A stretch of DNA of 62,589 nucleotides, filler included. It is 8 parts of 8 records of this genome, joined end to end, with 100 filler letters (N's around TTAATTAATTAA, not from the genome) between each part and the next. Parts side by side here need not be neighbours in the genome. Positions count along the whole stretch, not along the records: positions 17,714 to 27,670 come from SRR31156797_42222; positions 27,771 to 33,315 come from SRR31156797_42236; 6 more parts are not named here. One strand, 5' to 3'. This document shows positions 18,853 to 29,142 of this stretch, piece after piece (the stretch's first letter is position 1; the number at the start of each line of letters is the position of its first letter). A program made the position numbers and the translations under genes. The notes under the pieces are model-generated. The model was given only the letters and a program-made list of their open reading frames with translations, had not been told where the DNA came from and did no database searches.

Positions 18853-19023
18853 ATGAACACAAACAACATCAACCCGAAGTGGACCAACATGATTCCTGCG
18901 GGAATCATTCGCGGCGGAATCCTGGCAGTACCGGAATCTGCACGGGTAGCGACTCTCACACGGATCGTACCGCCGCTATGCCTGCGGAGGCAGGATCCTC
19001 CGCTACAGGATGTACGCGAATGA
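18853..19023 (+). CDS. Small ORF (56 aa) with VPP and RQDPP motifs, not in ORF track
   Basis: MNTNNINPKWTNMIPAGIIRGGILAVPESARVATLTRIVPPLCLRRQDPPLQDVRE; AAAGAG upstream. Confidence 0.45.
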   Translation: MNTNNINPKWTNMIPAGIIRGGILAVPESARVATLTRIVPPLCLRRQDPPLQDVRE

Positions 19024-19430
19024 CACGAGTAAGGGCGAGAGAGCACTTGTGCTTTACGCAAACGGAAACGAAACGGTCGGGGGACGGCCGCAGACGGGAC
19101 AACCAGCTGAGCAGTGCAGAGAGCATGCTGAACGAAATTTCGCGGTCGTTTCCCCGACCTGCAGAAACGAGTCTGGGATGAACAAGAGTGACGGAGAAGA
19201 CATAAACTGGGAATGGAAACATTGGGAGTCTTTCAGTAAGGGCAATGCCCGGAAAGGAGGCCAAATGGAGTAAGGACCACACGACTGGCAGCTGCGAGGT
19301 TTGCCGGAAAGCCCAAACCCCGGTAGCGATACCGGCAAACCTCGCAACTTTTATAAACGGAAATTAGTCAGAAAACGAACAATCGATTGAAACAACAATA
19401 ACGTCAACTTGTATAACAAGGAGAAGGAAA

Positions 19431-19559
19431 ATGAGAAAGGAACTGTATTTCGGACGGACCACCACGACCATTGGTTCACACTACGGAGCGAGAATTGCTG
19501 TCAGGTGCCGTCCATTCTTGAGCGATAGCCACGCTCTGGAACGACCGCCTCCGAATTGA
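19431..19559 (+). CDS. Small ORF (42 aa) ending ERPPPN-stop, not in ORF track
   Basis: MRKELYFGRTTTTIGSHYGARIAVRCRPFLSDSHALERPPPN; strong RBS AAGGAGAAGGAAA in an A-rich context. Confidence 0.6.
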   Translation: MRKELYFGRTTTTIGSHYGARIAVRCRPFLSDSHALERPPPN

Positions 19560-19741
19560 CGCAAAGCCATGGATGGCTGCTGGGACGGGACAGAAGCAAC
19601 GAACGGCGCGATGCGCTGGAATGGGTGTGGAGAGAGAAACACTATTTCCCAATTACTTGGGACCCGAAACGGACGTAGTCCGAAGATGCTACTTGCCTCC
19701 TTTTCGACGAGCGACCCGCACGGGTCGTGTGACCTGTGAGC

Positions 19742-19772
19742 GGCTGGTCACCGGCATTCCCGGTGACCAGCC
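19742..19772. other. Perfect 13-bp hairpin at the end of the small-ORF unit
   Basis: GGCTGGTCACCGG-cattc-CCGGTGACCAGCC; no U-tract, so a terminator role is uncertain. Confidence 0.6.
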
Positions 19773-19865
19773 TCCCTCGCATTCTGGGAGAAGCAAGAAT
19801 CATCTTACCTGTATATTGATCCGTCAGGACGTTTTCATTTCTCAGATACAATCCAGAAGTCCATT

Positions 19866-20945
19866 TTATCTTTTTTTCAACATGATAAGATTGCCATCAC
19901 GACAGCAAGAAACAAGCTCTTCTTCGTCACATGAAGAATCAAGTTCACCTGCTATTAAATGGTGCATGGAGTTTTCTCCACTATAGATCACGTCAGCGTG
20001 CCAGAATCCTTTTTCGTCTTGTGATAGTTGAGTAATGTTTCCTGAATACCCAGTGCAGTACAGTTCCTCCCCCCGAGTATCCTGATCCAGATCTGCAATA
20101 ACAGCTCCACGAATTTTCCCAGTGTCGCGAGCCACAATATCTGATCTCCAGTAGCATCCGTCATGCTGCATAAGTGCCAGTTTGCCATCGTCCCCACCAC
20201 TGAGTATTCGACCGCCTGCAAACGCAATCCGGCTCTGACCAGCAGAATCCGAATACACAACGTCATGACACCAGCCCAGTTTTCCCTTCCAGAGGACGAC
20301 GATCTGCCCATCCGTTCCGCAGACGAGAATCTCGTTGCCTTTTTTCTCCGGGAGAATATCGTCGATGAGAGCGATTTTCAGGCGGCGATTGGCGACATAG
20401 ATGGTTTCTGCGGTCCACTTGTCTTTCTTGAGCCTGAGAATTTCTACTCGATGGTTGAATCCAACAATGATAATTTCTGTTCCCGGATGCTCCTGATCCA
20501 CCTCGCCAATAGCGACTCCGTGAACCGCATGGTTGCTGGTATAGATAGTCTCCGCTTCCCATTTTTTGTGGTCTTTATACAGCATCAATACCTGACCCTG
20601 GCCAGACAGAGATTCCTTGCCCTCCAACATGCCTACGCCAATGAACTCGTTGCCGGGATACCGATTATCCGCATCCCCGACAGCACACATGATCAATTCT
20701 CCTTTTCCCTTGTGAATGCTTGAGGAATTCCATTTCTCTTTTGCTTTGTATGCCAGGAGGATTTCTCCGGCGGAATTCACCGTAACAACCTCATTGCCGT
20801 CGAAAGCCGGATCCAGATCTCCAATTGCGGCACCATTCAGCCCACGTTGGGATTCAAGCAGTACCTTAGCACTCCATTTCTCCTGTTCTGCCAAAACCAA
20901 TGATCCTACGAGCAGAAGTACGATCCCTGAAATCGTGATTCGCAT
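19866..20945 (-). CDS. Secreted FG-GAP/VCBS-like repeat beta-propeller protein
   Basis: Signal peptide; repeated A(I/V)GD(L/A)DxxxxGNE(V/I/F) blades. Confidence 0.7.
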   Translation of the reverse strand: MRITISGIVLLLVGSLVLAEQEKWSAKVLLESQRGLNGAAIGDLDPAFDGNEVVTVNSAGEILLAYKAKEKWNSSSIHKGKGELIMCAVGDADNRYPGNEFIGVGMLEGKESLSGQGQVLMLYKDHKKWEAETIYTSNHAVHGVAIGEVDQEHPGTEIIIVGFNHRVEILRLKKDKWTAETIYVANRRLKIALIDDILPEKKGNEILVCGTDGQIVVLWKGKLGWCHDVVYSDSAGQSRIAFAGGRILSGGDDGKLALMQHDGCYWRSDIVARDTGKIRGAVIADLDQDTRGEELYCTGYSGNITQLSQDEKGFWHADVIYSGENSMHHLIAGELDSSCDEEELVSCCRDGNLIMLKKR

Positions 20946-20963
20946 TGTGGTTTCCTTTCCTGA

Positions 20964-21764
20964 TTATCGAAGAACGGTTGTATTTGCGGCATCGAAAAGC
21001 ATTCGACCGCCGCGGTTGAGTTGAATAACCAGTGCCGATGTAGGCTCAACGTCGATCATCACACCGGAAAAATCCCTTCCATCCTGCCGTACGGAGATCG
21101 ATTGTCCGAGGCCTGTTGCCCGATCCAGCCATGCCTGTCGGATTCTTTCTGATGCGTTGTGCATCGCGATTCCAAGCCAGCGATCACATTCCATGAGAAG
21201 CATTCGCGCCAGGGCAGCACGATCTACCGGCTCTGTACTTTCGATTTCGAGTGATGTGGCTTCGGTCCGTAATGTATCCGGGAAATGAACTCGGTGCTGG
21301 AGGCAGTTGATCCCAATTCCAGCCACGAAGGTTCTTCCCCCCCCAGCTCGCGGGCGGGCTTCTACTAGGATTCCTGCCAGTTTCCTGCCCTGGATCACCA
21401 GATCGTTCGGCCAGCGGATGTCCGCAGAAATTCCGGTTACTTTCCGGATGGCATCACAGGCAGCCACTGCCAGACTCAACCCCAGGAGCCCTCCATCCAG
21501 TTCCCCGGTTTCATCCACAAGTACCATGCTACAGAGAATCGAAGCTCCACGAGGTGATTCCCATTGCCTCGAAAACCGTCCGCGACCGGATGTCTGGTGC
21601 TCTGCAAACAGAATCGTCCCATCTGCGTCCTTCGATTCAGCACACGACCATGCCAGATCATTGGTGCTCATCACCGAATCATAGAGATGGATCGTTCGCC
21701 CGATCCTGTCCGGTTGCCATCCGGCAAGCAGAGATTCAGTCTGTAATGGTCCATGCATCGCCAT
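20964..21764 (-). CDS. birA: Biotin--[acetyl-CoA carboxylase] ligase
   Basis: STND, QTSGRGR, RWPNDL and KLAGILVE; no N-terminal HTH; start approximate. Confidence 0.9.
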   Translation of the reverse strand: MAMHGPLQTESLLAGWQPDRIGRTIHLYDSVMSTNDLAWSCAESKDADGTILFAEHQTSGRGRFSRQWESPRGASILCSMVLVDETGELDGGLLGLSLAVAACDAIRKVTGISADIRWPNDLVIQGRKLAGILVEARPRAGGGRTFVAGIGINCLQHRVHFPDTLRTEATSLEIESTEPVDRAALARMLLMECDRWLGIAMHNASERIRQAWLDRATGLGQSISVRQDGRDFSGVMIDVEPTSALVIQLNRGGRMLFDAANTTVLR

Positions 21765-21926
21765 CCCTTGAGAATACACGAAACGCAGTGTTGCGTGAAT
21801 CCTTCTCTTATCACGGAGTGACACACTGGAGAAGCTGCAGGATTCCAGAAGCACTTTCAGGGGACAAAAAAACCTCATGGGCAAAACCATGAGGTTGATT
21901 TCTCGTTGCATTATACCTGATAGCGT

Positions 21927-23438
21927 TTACTTTTTCTTTTCCTCACTGTCGGTACTCGAGGATTCAGATTCTTCCATTTCATCCGGTTCGAGTTCCCTAC
22001 TGAGAATTTCCGTCAGGCTGCCCGTCAGCATGTTGGTTGCTGCCAGGACCGTATGATTCTTAATCATCTTTTTTGAAATTTTGATCGGTCCTTTCATATC
22101 CTTCCTGAAGATAGCAACGCGATCATTCACACGGATCCTGACTCCCTGGCAAACCCGGTCATTCACAAGGACATAAGGAGATTGACCATCAGGCCCAACG
22201 CTTGTCGCCTCAATCTGCTGGGCGAGCTTTTCGTCAGCTTTCTTGATCTCCAGCTCCAGGCTATCTGCCTGGAACATCATTTCGGTTGCCTTTTCTTTTT
22301 GTTCGGTACTCAGCCTTTTGGCGTTCGCGAGAAGAGGAGCAACCGTTTCGCGAATGCGTGTAATCGCAGTTCTCTTTTTCTTAGACTCTTCCGCCTGCTG
22401 TGCGAGTTCGCGATACAAATGCACGGGAACTCCTACCTCAATATTGGTCGCAACACCAGCATCACTTCCGAAGACTTTTGCCTCTATTGCATGCTGAGCA
22501 TACACTTTTCCACCAATAATCGAGCCTAAGGGGATGCTGACGCTTCCACCCGAATGAATGGAGCTGTTGAGGATTTCACGATCAATGATAATGCTGCTTT
22601 TGCTTTTCAGGTTCGCCTCTACGCAGAATCGAACCGTAATTTCCTTGCCAGCGTGAACAAAGCCTTTTCCATGCCCGAGGATTCCTCCCCTGACCCGGAC
22701 CTCATCTGCAGCTTCCACCTCTGCCGCCTCAATAGCTCCACCGACAGTCAATGACTTTTCGGTTACGACCTTAAAGAGATCTTTAATATTTCGCCGAACG
22801 ACCAGATCCGAAGGGACATCCAGGTTTCCTGTTTCGTAATCGACATCGCCACTGATCTCAATCACATCCCGAACACTGACGGATTGTTTTCCTTGAATCA
22901 CGAGCCCGGGAGTCGTGGCTTTCACCGTTTTCCCGTCTTCAGCCATTTCGACATTTTCGCCGATTTCGGTTTCAATCGGATCAGTTGGGTAGGGAATTTC
23001 CGCACCATGCACGTCTCGTCCAGGCACAGAGGGTTCCGGTGCGGATATCGTGCCGATGGAATCCCCGTCTTCAACAACGGCAATACTGGTAGAAGCACGG
23101 AAATCGACGGATCCTTCTTCCTCATCCGAGCCACCACTGGTCTGAATCAGGTTCGGCGCGAGGGAAAAGAATCCATCTTTTCCTGGCTGAGGAGCAGTGC
23201 CTTTGGCAACCAGGAAACTCTGTAGTTGAATTTCCTTGGCCTTCAGCGCTTCGCAATATTTCACTGCGCGCGCTTTCACGTGATTCGTGATTTCAATTTT
23301 GGACTCTTTGAGTGCCTTGACTACCATCTCCAGTGTGACCTGCTGGGGATCCGCCTGGCGCGCGAGGGCAATCTGAGCAGACAATTTGTCCTGAGAAATC
23401 CTGACAGAAAAAACTGATTCTGTTGCCGTAGTAGTCAT
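21927..23438 (-). CDS. DUF342/FapA-family protein
   Basis: PGKDG, VDFR, GRDVHG, GDVDYETGNL and beta-helix repeats. Confidence 0.8.
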   Translation of the reverse strand: MTTTATESVFSVRISQDKLSAQIALARQADPQQVTLEMVVKALKESKIEITNHVKARAVKYCEALKAKEIQLQSFLVAKGTAPQPGKDGFFSLAPNLIQTSGGSDEEEGSVDFRASTSIAVVEDGDSIGTISAPEPSVPGRDVHGAEIPYPTDPIETEIGENVEMAEDGKTVKATTPGLVIQGKQSVSVRDVIEISGDVDYETGNLDVPSDLVVRRNIKDLFKVVTEKSLTVGGAIEAAEVEAADEVRVRGGILGHGKGFVHAGKEITVRFCVEANLKSKSSIIIDREILNSSIHSGGSVSIPLGSIIGGKVYAQHAIEAKVFGSDAGVATNIEVGVPVHLYRELAQQAEESKKKRTAITRIRETVAPLLANAKRLSTEQKEKATEMMFQADSLELEIKKADEKLAQQIEATSVGPDGQSPYVLVNDRVCQGVRIRVNDRVAIFRKDMKGPIKISKKMIKNHTVLAATNMLTGSLTEILSRELEPDEMEESESSSTDSEEKKK

Positions 23439-23477
23439 TTTTTCTCCCGAACCCTGAAGGAGAAATCATCGACAGGC

Positions 23478-23846
23478 TCAAGCGTTGAGTTTCGCCATCG
23501 TCTGATCGATTTTCTCCGACAGTGTTTCACCGGTAAACGGCTTGACTACATAGTTATTGACACCTGCCTGGATCGCTTCGATAACGCGCGATTTTTCGGC
23601 TTCGGTCGTGCACATAATGATGGGCGTGTCTTTGTCCATCTCACGAATTTTTCGAACGAACGTAATTCCATCCATGTTTGGCATATTCCAGTCCACCAGC
23701 ATGAGTTCCGGTTTTTCCTGGTTGTAGCTGGCAAGAGCTTCAACACCATCACCGGCTTCCATGATTTCGGTGTGGCCGATCTCCGCCAGAACATTTTTCT
23801 GGATGTTCCGGATCGTTCTTGAGTCATCAACCAGAAGAATTTTCAT
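23478..23846 (-). CDS. cheY: CheY-like response regulator
   Basis: LVDDS, DWNMPNMDG and YVVKPFT in a single domain. Confidence 0.88.
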   Translation of the reverse strand: MKILLVDDSRTIRNIQKNVLAEIGHTEIMEAGDGVEALASYNQEKPELMLVDWNMPNMDGITFVRKIREMDKDTPIIMCTTEAEKSRVIEAIQAGVNNYVVKPFTGETLSEKIDQTMAKLNA

Positions 23847-24346
23847 ACCGAAGCTCCTGTAGCGGCAACCTGATCAGACGTTGCAGCGGTTTTCGTTTCC
23901 ATACCCACTTCCACATACAGTGGTCCACAGTCGGTCTCGCATGGAATAACAATTCGTGGTGTTTGTTTCGACTGAGACACCATATGTTCTTTCCCGATAA
24001 TCACGCTTGGAAGCGAGATTGCGATATTCATTCCGTGGAATTCCTTCTTGGCGTTTCCAGCAACCATGTTGGCCAATTCACCAATTGCATCAGCGAAATC
24101 AGCATGCGATTCGTCAATCTCAATACCCGCAAAGGTCGATGCCGCTTTGGTTGCAACCTCAAGCGGAAAGCTCAATACAACGCATCCAGCCGCATCTCCC
24201 GAAAAGCCGATCACACCCGAGACATCCGCACTTGCACACTGATCATTTTTGACATAGGGCTTCCCGACACGAACCTCTGTCTGAACCATTGTGACGAATA
24301 CACGCTTCACTGAAGCGATAAAAGGATTAATGAACTTAACATCCAT
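23843..24346 (-). CDS. cheX: Chemotaxis phosphatase CheX
   Basis: FINPFI, DVSGVIGFSG and DAIGELANMVAG. Confidence 0.9.
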   Translation of the reverse strand: MDVKFINPFIASVKRVFVTMVQTEVRVGKPYVKNDQCASADVSGVIGFSGDAAGCVVLSFPLEVATKAASTFAGIEIDESHADFADAIGELANMVAGNAKKEFHGMNIAISLPSVIIGKEHMVSQSKQTPRIVIPCETDCGPLYVEVGMETKTAATSDQVAATGASV

Positions 24347-24820
24347 ATTCGTGTGTCCTCCGAATAGCCTGTTCCTTTACTCCAGCCCAAATCCGGGCCC
24401 TAGCCAGTTCCTGTTTCAATTCGTTCATCGGACATTTTTCCACTCTGGTTTAGAGCGGAGAATCAGGCATGGGCAGAAATACGGGTATAGAGCTGTTTTT
24501 CGGACTTTGCAGTGGTTTCAATTCAAAGACACAATTCCCGTTTTTTCTCAAAACGGATCATGTAAAGAGTGCCAGAAGCAAGCAAAACTCGTCAAAAACC
24601 GCATTTTCAACCATAAAAAAGGTGTTTTCGCGATACCGGTTATAACGATTGGTTTCTTCCAGAGAGCCATCCAATCAGAGCCGATATGCTCCTCTGGCCA
24701 GTGGCTCCAGTTGCATTCCTGGCTGTGTTTGACTCGCTTTTCCTGTGACCGACACGACCTGTCTCATTGCCAGAATTACCGGAAACCCCCTTAAAAACAG
24801 CAAATTCGGCAAAATTTGTC

Positions 24821-24849
24821 TTGCGGGGATTGCAAGGAAGCCCTAGAAT
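24821..24849 (+). promoter_or_regulatory. Sigma70-type promoter of the histone gene
   Basis: TTGCGG-N17-TAGAAT. Confidence 0.5.
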
Positions 24850-24933
24850 TCGCGATCAACCGGAGCAATGGAGGCTTCGGTTAAGCGTCACGGTCTGTTT
24901 TAGAAACGGTTATTGAATCAGGAGAAACACTCA

Positions 24934-25176
24934 ATGGCCAAGAAAAAGAAAGCTGCAAAGAAAAAAACAAAAAAGAGCTGCAAGAGCAAAAAGTGTGCAA
25001 ATCGGGAAGTCCTGGTTGTCGCAAGCAAGGTGAAGGCTTACATGAAAGCCAAGAACATGAATACCTCTGCCGATGCGATTCAGGCTCTGTCCGATAAGGT
25101 ATACTGCCTGCTGGACTGCGCAGCCGAGCGTACCAACGCGAACAACCGCAAGACCGTCAAGCCGCAGGACGTTTAA
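24934..25176 (+). CDS. Bacterial histone-fold protein with Lys-rich N-terminal tail (80 aa)
   Basis: EVLVVASKVK, MNTS and RKTVKPQD (RxTxxxxD histone-fold signature); RBS AGGAGA before ATG24934. Confidence 0.88.
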   Translation: MAKKKKAAKKKTKKSCKSKKCANREVLVVASKVKAYMKAKNMNTSADAIQALSDKVYCLLDCAAERTNANNRKTVKPQDV

Positions 25177-25195
25177 TCCACGGCCAATTGACGAA

Positions 25196-25232
25196 AACAG
25201 GCGGGCATCCGTTCCACGGATACCCGCCTGTT
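25196..25232. terminator. Terminator between the histone gene and hutH
   Basis: AACAGGCGGG-c-ATCCGT/ACGGAT-a-CCCGCCTGTT followed by T-rich sequence. Confidence 0.8.
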
Positions 25233-25269
25233 CTACTTTTTACTTTCAACCACCTCAATCTCCAGTGAA

Positions 25270-26820
25270 TCAATGCAGGTCCCCAACAGCCTCTTCAGCC
25301 GCCTCCACAACTTGCTGCGAACGAAGAAGTGACAACGATCGACGTATATCCTCACCGAAAAGACGGTCATGATCGGCATAGCTGATTTTCCTCCTGATGG
25401 CCGAATGAACCGCTTCTATCGCTTTTCCCGACTTCATTGGTTTGCGGAAATCAAGTGCCTGAGCAGCACACATCTGCTCTATCGCCAGAACGGTTTCCGT
25501 ATTCTCCATAACCCGCCAGGCTTTCGTTGCACCATTGGCCCCCATGCTGACATGATCTTCCTGGCCCAGCGACGTTGGAATCGAATCAACCGAAGATGGT
25601 GTCGCAAGCTGCTTGTTCTGGCTGACGAGTGCTGCTGCCGTATACTGCGGCAACATGAACCCACTGTTCAGTCCCGTATCCTGCATAAGCAGGCTCGGAA
25701 GACCAGCATGTCCACTGAGAAGCAGATAGATCCTCCGCTCGGAAATATTCGCCAGTTCAGCCATAGCGATCGAAAGATAATCCAGAACAAGTGCCAATGG
25801 CTGACCGTGGAAGTTCCCGCCACTGATCACGTTTTCCTTATCCAGAACGACCGGGTTATCAGTAACGGCATTCACATCCGTCTGAATCACAGCTGCGATA
25901 TGGCGAACAGCATCCCGTGACGCACCATGAACCTGGGGAACACATCTCAGGGAATACGGATCCTGCACTCGGGAACACTGCTGGTGAGACGCATTGATTT
26001 CACTGTCCTCCAGGAGTCGGCGGACATTTTCTGCAGTTTCGATCGCCCCGGCATGAGGCCTGACCTGGTGCAATCCATCGTGATACGGTCGAACACTGCC
26101 AGCATAACCGTCCAGTGAAGCCGCTGCGATCACATCCGCATGCTTCAACAGACGCTTTGCACGGACTACGAGAGCCGCCCCATAGGAGGACATGAACTGC
26201 GTCCCATTGATCAGCGCGAGCCCCTCTTTCGGCCCCAGCTTGATCGGCTGGATTCCTGCTCGTTGCAGTCCCACCGAAGCATCCACTTCTTTCCCGTCCA
26301 CCAGTACCTTACCTCGCCCGAGAATTGGCAAAACCATGTGCGCCAGAGGGGCGAGATCTCCACTTGCGCCGAGCGAACCTTGCGTCGGGATCACGGGGAG
26401 CACGTCCGCATTCAACAAAGCGGTCAATGACTCAACCGGCCTGCGACTCACACCGCTGACCCCCTGCCCTAGAGCATGAATTTTGAACAACATCAGCCAA
26501 CGAACCAATTCGGAGGGCATGTCTGGTCCTACACCTACTGCATGCGACAGGATCAGGTTTTCCTGAAGTTCCTCAAGCTGCTGATCAGAAATACGTTCAC
26601 TGCAAAGGCTGCCAAAACCTGTATTGAGACCGTAGACGGTATCTCCACGCTCAATTATCTCTCGCACATTCGCACAGGATTTATCGATTCGTTTCCACAT
26701 TTCATCCGAAACGGTAACCTTCAACGGTTTTCCATATGCTTTATCCAGCCATTCGTATCCGATTGAAGTTCCATCCAGTGTGATAGAGACGGGAGTCTGT
26801 TTTGTCTGATCTGTCATCAT
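25270..26820 (-). CDS. hutH: Histidine ammonia-lyase
   Basis: YGLNTGFG, GASGDLAPL (MIO), QDPYSLRC, GGNFHG and QEDHVSMG; start near 26820/26817. Confidence 0.93.
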   Translation of the reverse strand: MMTDQTKQTPVSITLDGTSIGYEWLDKAYGKPLKVTVSDEMWKRIDKSCANVREIIERGDTVYGLNTGFGSLCSERISDQQLEELQENLILSHAVGVGPDMPSELVRWLMLFKIHALGQGVSGVSRRPVESLTALLNADVLPVIPTQGSLGASGDLAPLAHMVLPILGRGKVLVDGKEVDASVGLQRAGIQPIKLGPKEGLALINGTQFMSSYGAALVVRAKRLLKHADVIAAASLDGYAGSVRPYHDGLHQVRPHAGAIETAENVRRLLEDSEINASHQQCSRVQDPYSLRCVPQVHGASRDAVRHIAAVIQTDVNAVTDNPVVLDKENVISGGNFHGQPLALVLDYLSIAMAELANISERRIYLLLSGHAGLPSLLMQDTGLNSGFMLPQYTAAALVSQNKQLATPSSVDSIPTSLGQEDHVSMGANGATKAWRVMENTETVLAIEQMCAAQALDFRKPMKSGKAIEAVHSAIRRKISYADHDRLFGEDIRRSLSLLRSQQVVEAAEEAVGDLH

Positions 26821-26896
26821 ATTCCTCATCACAAAGCTGATACTGATTGCGACATCTTTACTGAGTGGTACACTCCTCAGCAAGAGGGATTATCGT

Positions 26897-27670
26897 ATGC
26901 AGGAAACGATTATTATGCAAAGAGCCACAACATTATCAAAATACGTCTTTATTCTGATCGCATGTGCGTTTTTCTCAACGGGCTTGACGAGATCGTCACT
27001 GGCCCAACCAGCGACCACACAACCAGCCGAGCCAGAAGTTCACACCTCTTCGAAGGTATCCGAATCGCTGGATCGCTCCACTCCACGACATACCATTGAG
27101 TCGTTTCTTGTTGCAATGGACGAGTTCCAGCAGGGGAAAACAGAACGAACAGCTGACCTTATGGCTTGCCTGGATCTGTCCGGACTGCCTTCAGACCTGA
27201 GCAGCGAAGCGAAGCATCAGAAGGTCCGCATGATCGCGACTACTCTTTCAAAATACCTGGAGAATCTTTTTCAACAGGATGGAATAAGTCTTGCCGAAAT
27301 CCCCAACCCTGAAGAAGACCATCTAGCCATTGGAGAAACAGATGCTCATCCAGGACTGGAGATGGTTCGTAACCAGGCGGGAAACTGGGTGTTTTCCTGG
27401 AAATCACTGGAAAACCCAAAAGAACTCATCGCTGCCAAACCCGTTCCGGAAAAGGATCTGGTTCACACTGCAGATGATGTCGGCTCCAATGCTGACGACA
27501 CACCAACCGAATTCCCCAAAGAAGAGAAGAAAGCTGACCAGAAAGAACCAGAAGAGACAACAGTAGATAAAGAAATACCACAGCAATATCGGTCCCCCAG
27601 GGCAACCCTAAGAACGTTTCGAGACGCGATGCTTGCCCAGGATCTGAATCTTGCTTCGGAGTGCATGGAT
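26897..27670 (+). CDS. Exported N-terminal region of a probable large MscS-family channel (3' truncated)
   Basis: Signal peptide; repeated (S/T)PRxT(I/L)x(S/T)F...CLDLS and WVFS motifs. Confidence 0.55.
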
Positions 27671-27770
27671 NNNNNNNNNNNNNNNNNNNNNNNNNNNNNN
27701 NNNNNNNNNNNNNNTTAATTAATTAANNNNNNNNNNNNNNNNNNNNNNNNNNNNNNNNNNNNNNNNNNNN
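27671..27770. other. Artificial contig spacer
   Basis: N-run + TTAATTAATTAA + N-run. Confidence 0.98.
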
Positions 27771-28837
27771 AGTTCATCCGGACCCATATCAAAACCTTTG
27801 ATATTTCCATCGTCACCTGTTATTCTTTCCACCCAAACGATGTAACGTCCGTCAACTCGGTATTGACCGTAACCGGTAGCCGTGTGACCGGTACCGGATT
27901 GGCTTAGAGTTCCGTGAACGTCATCGGCTGTACCGACTTCACCGTCTGCTCCCAAACTAAACACTTTCAGGTCAGTTGTTGAGTAATCATGTTTGGTATA
28001 TGTATGAACAATAGTATTTCCCCCTGTCCGAGGGCCTCCAAAATTGTCATGACGATAATAAGGTCCATCCAGGATTGAATCCGCTACAATTTCAAAACGC
28101 TCTCCGGTTTCCATATTGTGTGCAAGGATCTGATTGTTCCAACCCATGCCTTTGTTGCCCACCCGCATCATCCATGTATCGGATACGCCAAAACCCTCAA
28201 AGCCATATCCAAAATTCTCTGCCTCGCCCTGTTCTCCGGTGCTAACGTCAACCCAGTACCAACGCATATCGGAATTTGAGATCGCGGGATTCATAAAATG
28301 GAAAGCATAGCAGATCTTATTTTTGCCGGCAGCCATGAACAAAGGTTCATCACCTTCCAGTTCAGTATCAATATAGTGATGCCAAGTCGAGTCCTTTTCC
28401 ATATCCCAAAATGTAAAACCGGATAACTGTCCTTCAACATCTGTTTCTTTGTAGGCAAGAACATTGCCGGCCATAGCGACACCCTGGTGCCAACCGGCCG
28501 CACCCTGGCTTCCGCGCTTTACGACCACACCCAGGGGGAGCCCGCTTTCGGGTTCGGGCGATAAATCGTCGGTGTAAATATGTTCAGAGGATTTTATTAC
28601 CTCGTGGGTAAATCCGTAGTCATTAAAAATATCAATTGCAGAAGCATCGCATCTTGCCAGGATCATGCCGCTTTCTTCCGCAATGATCTCTATATTTGTT
28701 TTTATTTTCAGAGAGGCTTCTTCATAATCTTGTGCTGAGAATCTGATGATGGTTTCAGCCGCAAATGCTGTGGCAAACAGGGAAAATGCCAGAATAAGAA
28801 CCATCAAAGTCTTTGGAGTTGAGCAATGTTTAAACAT
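27771..28837 (-). CDS. Secreted beta-rich hypothetical protein (3' truncated)
   Basis: Signal peptide ending AFA; GADGEVGTADD repeat-like motif. Confidence 0.7.
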
Positions 28838-29142
28838 GATACACCTTCTTTTTTCATAATAATGACAAACAGACACCGCTATCCCTACCTGTGCCGTTTG
28901 TCATATTTTTTATCAGTTAAACGTGAGATATTCCTATCTTCCGCGTTCTTTTTTATTATTGTATTATAGTTTAACGCTTTTTCCGAACAATGCAAATATA
29001 AATATATGGTTAAATACTAGAGTGAGGGGTCAGGGGCGCAATGCTTGGTTGCAGACTCCAGACCCCTGACTCCCTAATAATCCTTCTTGCAAATAAGAAC
29101 TATTTCTCCATAAATTTCATCTACTTTTAATAAGGAGTAATT

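Noticed and set aside
18780-19860. tRNA array or CRISPR array downstream of the attenuator
   Set aside because: I found no T-loop GTTCRA cloverleafs and no regularly spaced direct repeats; the hairpins differ from one another.
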